A stretch of 64,000 nucleotides of DNA from Pseudomonadota bacterium. Lineage in GTDB: Bacteria > Pseudomonadota > Alphaproteobacteria > Rhodobacterales > Rhodobacteraceae. Position numbers and translations under genes: made by a program. This document shows positions 61,423-64,000 of this stretch, piece after piece (position 1 is the first letter of the stretch; every line of letters begins with the position of its first letter). A model generated the notes under the pieces. It made no database searches, was not told where the DNA came from, and saw only the letters and a program-made list of their open reading frames with translations. The stretch lies in the NCBI GenBank assembly GCA_039026055.1, contig JBCCNB010000001.1:17240-81239 (forward strand). The letters are read 5' to 3'.

Positions 61423-62253
61423 ATGCAGCATTGGCGACACGCCGTTACCCTTTCCGCGCTCTGCGTTTTGCTTGTGCTCGCGTTGCCCGCCAAGGCAGCC
61501 GACCGGGCCAACGTGGAGGCGTTCCTGAAAATCACAGGCTTTGACGTGGCGCTTGCCGCGATTGCCCATTCGGCGGATCATGCACCTGCGCTTTTGGGGC
61601 AGGATGCTGCAGATTTTGGACCCGAATGGGTGCAGATTTCCGAAGAGGTGTTTGATGCGCCGCACATGCAAAAGATGGCGGTCGATATTCTGTCTGAGAC
61701 ATTGACGAACGAGCATCTGCACCATGCCGCTGAATTCTACGCCTCTGATCTGGGGCAGCGGCTGGTGGAGGTGGAAAATGCCTCGCACGCCACGGAAGAT
61801 CGTGATGTCAAGCGCAGCGAAGGTCAGCGCCTTTTGAAAAAGATCGACGCCAGCAGCGAACGGATGACCGCGCTTTTGCGCCTTATGGATGCGGTCGACA
61901 CCTCTGATCAGAGCGTGCGCGCGGTGCAGGAGGTGATGGTTCGCTTTCTGATGGCTGCCTCTCACACGGGTGCGCTTGGCTACACCATAGATGAGGACAC
62001 TCTGCGGGAGCTGATGCGGTCTGACGAAGCGGCGATGACGGCGGATATGGAAGAGGGCGGGCGCGCCAATGCGGCCTACACCTATCGCGACATTTCTGAC
62101 CAGGATCTGGCGGCCTATGCCGACGCGCTGGAGCATCCTTTGATGCAGGAAGTCTACGAGCTTATGAATGCAGTGCAGTATGAAATTATGGCGAACCGGT
62201 TTGAGACACTTGCCGTGCGGATGGCCGATCTGCGCCCGGCGGAGGAGTTGTGA
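61423..62253 (+). CDS. Exported DUF2059-like protein
   Basis: Signal peptide ending PAKA; FYASDLGQRLVEVE; RBS GAGGAG. Confidence 0.7.
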   Translation: MQHWRHAVTLSALCVLLVLALPAKAADRANVEAFLKITGFDVALAAIAHSADHAPALLGQDAADFGPEWVQISEEVFDAPHMQKMAVDILSETLTNEHLHHAAEFYASDLGQRLVEVENASHATEDRDVKRSEGQRLLKKIDASSERMTALLRLMDAVDTSDQSVRAVQEVMVRFLMAASHTGALGYTIDEDTLRELMRSDEAAMTADMEEGGRANAAYTYRDISDQDLAAYADALEHPLMQEVYELMNAVQYEIMANRFETLAVRMADLRPAEEL

Positions 62254-63077
62254 GCCTGCTGCGATCACTGACAGGCGCTATGGCCGGGGCCGTTTTGTGG
62301 GCTGAAGTTGCGATAGCGGATCGGTCGGAAGAATTTGCAACGCTCATGGAGGCCATTCGCCTAGCCGACACGGTTGCCATCATGCGTGATGAGGGGCTGG
62401 TGTACGGCTCGACACTGATCACGGATATGATGATCGACGCGGACACACCGGGTTGGCGCATCCGCGTGGGCCAGATTTATGACGAAACCCGCATGCTGGA
62501 GGCGCTAACCTCCGGCTTGGAGGCCGAGTTGCAAGACCTCGATCTGGAGCCGGTCCTCGCCTTTTTCGCCTCTGATCTGGGCGCTGAGATTATTGCACTG
62601 GAACTGGCCGCACGAGAGGTGTTTTCAGAAGAACAGGCGGAGTTGGACGCAAGGGATCGCTTCGAGGATCTGACAGATAACGATGATCCGCTGGTGGAAC
62701 AGATCACCACGATGATCGAAGACAGCGATCTGGTGAATTTCAATGTCATGGGGATCATGAATTCCAACATGATGCTCTATCGCGGTCTATCTGACGGGGG
62801 TGCGATTGAGCTGGGTGAAGATGACATTTTGCGGGATGTCTGGGCGTCTGAACCAAGTGTTCGGGAAGAAAGCACAGGCTGGCTGCAGGGGTATTTCCTG
62901 ACGTGTTATGAAACGCTTGAACCCGAAGAGTTGGAAACCTACGCCGCGTTCTGGCGAACGGGAGAGGGCAGGGCATTCAATGCCGCGCTCTTTGCCGTGT
63001 TTGACCAGATGTATGAGGATCTTTCCTATCTGCTGGGGCGTGCCGCCGCCGAACAGTTGAAAAGCGAAGAGCTTTAG
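62250..63077 (+). CDS. Exported DUF2059-like protein, paralog of the upstream gene
   Basis: FFASDLGAEIIALE, YAAFWRTGEG; both paralogs end in EEL; GTGA overlap. Confidence 0.7.
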   Translation: MSLLRSLTGAMAGAVLWAEVAIADRSEEFATLMEAIRLADTVAIMRDEGLVYGSTLITDMMIDADTPGWRIRVGQIYDETRMLEALTSGLEAELQDLDLEPVLAFFASDLGAEIIALELAAREVFSEEQAELDARDRFEDLTDNDDPLVEQITTMIEDSDLVNFNVMGIMNSNMMLYRGLSDGGAIELGEDDILRDVWASEPSVREESTGWLQGYFLTCYETLEPEELETYAAFWRTGEGRAFNAALFAVFDQMYEDLSYLLGRAAAEQLKSEEL

Positions 63078-64000
63078 GCGAACGCGTCTTTTTCCAAAGC
63101 GGGATAGCACAAGCCAAGCGTGACAGCCCGCGCCACAAAGCTGAGCAGAAGCGCCAGCCAGAGGCCGTGATTGCCGATAAAGGGCAAAAGGGCGGTGGCG
63201 CAGATCAAGTAGAGTGCAGCGCTCAGGATCATGGTGTTGCGCATGTCGCGCGCCCGGGTGGCGCCCACGAAAATGCCATCGATCATGTAGCAGGCCACGG
63301 ATGCCAGCGGCGTGAGGATGACGTAGATCAGATATATGCCTGCCGCCGCACGGACGGCATCTGATGTGGCCATGACGGCAATGATCGACGTTCCAAAGGC
63401 CGCAAAGCCAACTGCCAGAAGCAAAGCGACGATCCCCGCCCATTGTGCGCCAAGAATGATCGCCCTTCGCATCCGCGCGCGGTCTTTTTTGCCAATGGCC
63501 TGGCCCACCAATGTCTCCACCGCGTGGGCAAACCCATCGAGCCCGTAGGAGGTCACGAAGACGAATTGCAAAAGTACCTGATTGGCCGCCAGCGTGACAT
63601 CCCCAAGGTCGCCGCTGAAAAACAGGAAAGAGACGAAAATCACCTGAATAAAAAGCGACCGCAGCATGATGTCGCGATTGATCAGTGCCATGCGCATCAG
63701 CGGTCCGCGTGCAAAGACCCGTGCCTTGTCGCGCCAATGGGGCCCCAAAAAAACGCCGCGACAGAACCAAAGCCCGATGATCAGGCCTGCCCATTCGGCG
63801 ATGAATGTGGCCCAGGCGACGCCGGCGACCCCCATCTCCAGGCCCAGCACTAACCAGATGTTGAGCGCTATATTTAGCCCGTTCATCGCCAGCTGCTGGA
63901 TCAGCACGGCGCCCGTGCGTTCCTGCGCGATGAGCCAGCCAGTGACGCCGTAAAGTGCGATCAGGGCAGGCGCGCTCCACACCCGGATGGCCATATACTG
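63074..64000 (-). CDS. MATE-family efflux transporter (DinF-like); 5' end beyond the window
   Basis: NIALNIWLVLGLEMGVAGVAWAT, LAANQVL, LDGFAHAVE, DGIFVGAT. Confidence 0.9.
   Translation of the reverse strand, partial: QYMAIRVWSAPALIALYGVTGWLIAQERTGAVLIQQLAMNGLNIALNIWLVLGLEMGVAGVAWATFIAEWAGLIIGLWFCRGVFLGPHWRDKARVFARGPLMRMALINRDIMLRSLFIQVIFVSFLFFSGDLGDVTLAANQVLLQFVFVTSYGLDGFAHAVETLVGQAIGKKDRARMRRAIILGAQWAGIVALLLAVGFAAFGTSIIAVMATSDAVRAAAGIYLIYVILTPLASVACYMIDGIFVGATRARDMRNTMILSAALYLICATALLPFIGNHGLWLALLLSFVARAVTLGLCYPALEKDAFA

Overview
Chromosomal window from a GC-rich alphaproteobacterium, most likely Roseobacter group/Rhodobacteraceae (inferred from gene content and protein style). Housekeeping blocks (rpsM-rpsK-rpoA-rplQ; gap, tkt, zapA; rpmH-rnpA-yidD; split methionine-synthase/metF module; ppx-rlmE; MATE pump) alternate with three accessory blocks, each on the 3' side of a minus-strand tRNA gene. 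(1) Left of tRNA-Asn: serine-cycle genes (mtkB, mtkA, mcl, hpr-like, sga), a pseudo-receiver LuxR regulator, a complete form I aerobic CO dehydrogenase cluster (coxC-MSL-DEF-mocA-like-G-xdhC-like) and an MIO-less ammonia-lyase plus ornithine-cyclodeaminase-family pair. (2) Left of tRNA-Arg: two sulfotransferase-like genes and a disrupted ~1490-codon RTX/serralysin-like gene with 11 tandem 40-aa repeats. (3) Left of tRNA-Ser: a multidomain glycosyltransferase with an internal stop and a methyltransferase. Top leads: a 32-aa peptide ending IKFPCC, translationally coupled inside the cox maturation operon and visible in the ORF track only as the tail of a longer shadow ORF; one ~35-40-aa F-D-x3-Y...D-L...H-Y-x3-G-x2-E-G-R module shared by four unrelated proteins in two islets; the MIO-independent lyase; a WbdD-like sulfotransferase/coiled-coil protein; and 21-bp-spaced LytTR-type repeats upstream of coxM. 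No CRISPR array, rRNA, integrase or transposase was seen. Several genes carry frameshifts or stops, some of which look like sequencing errors.
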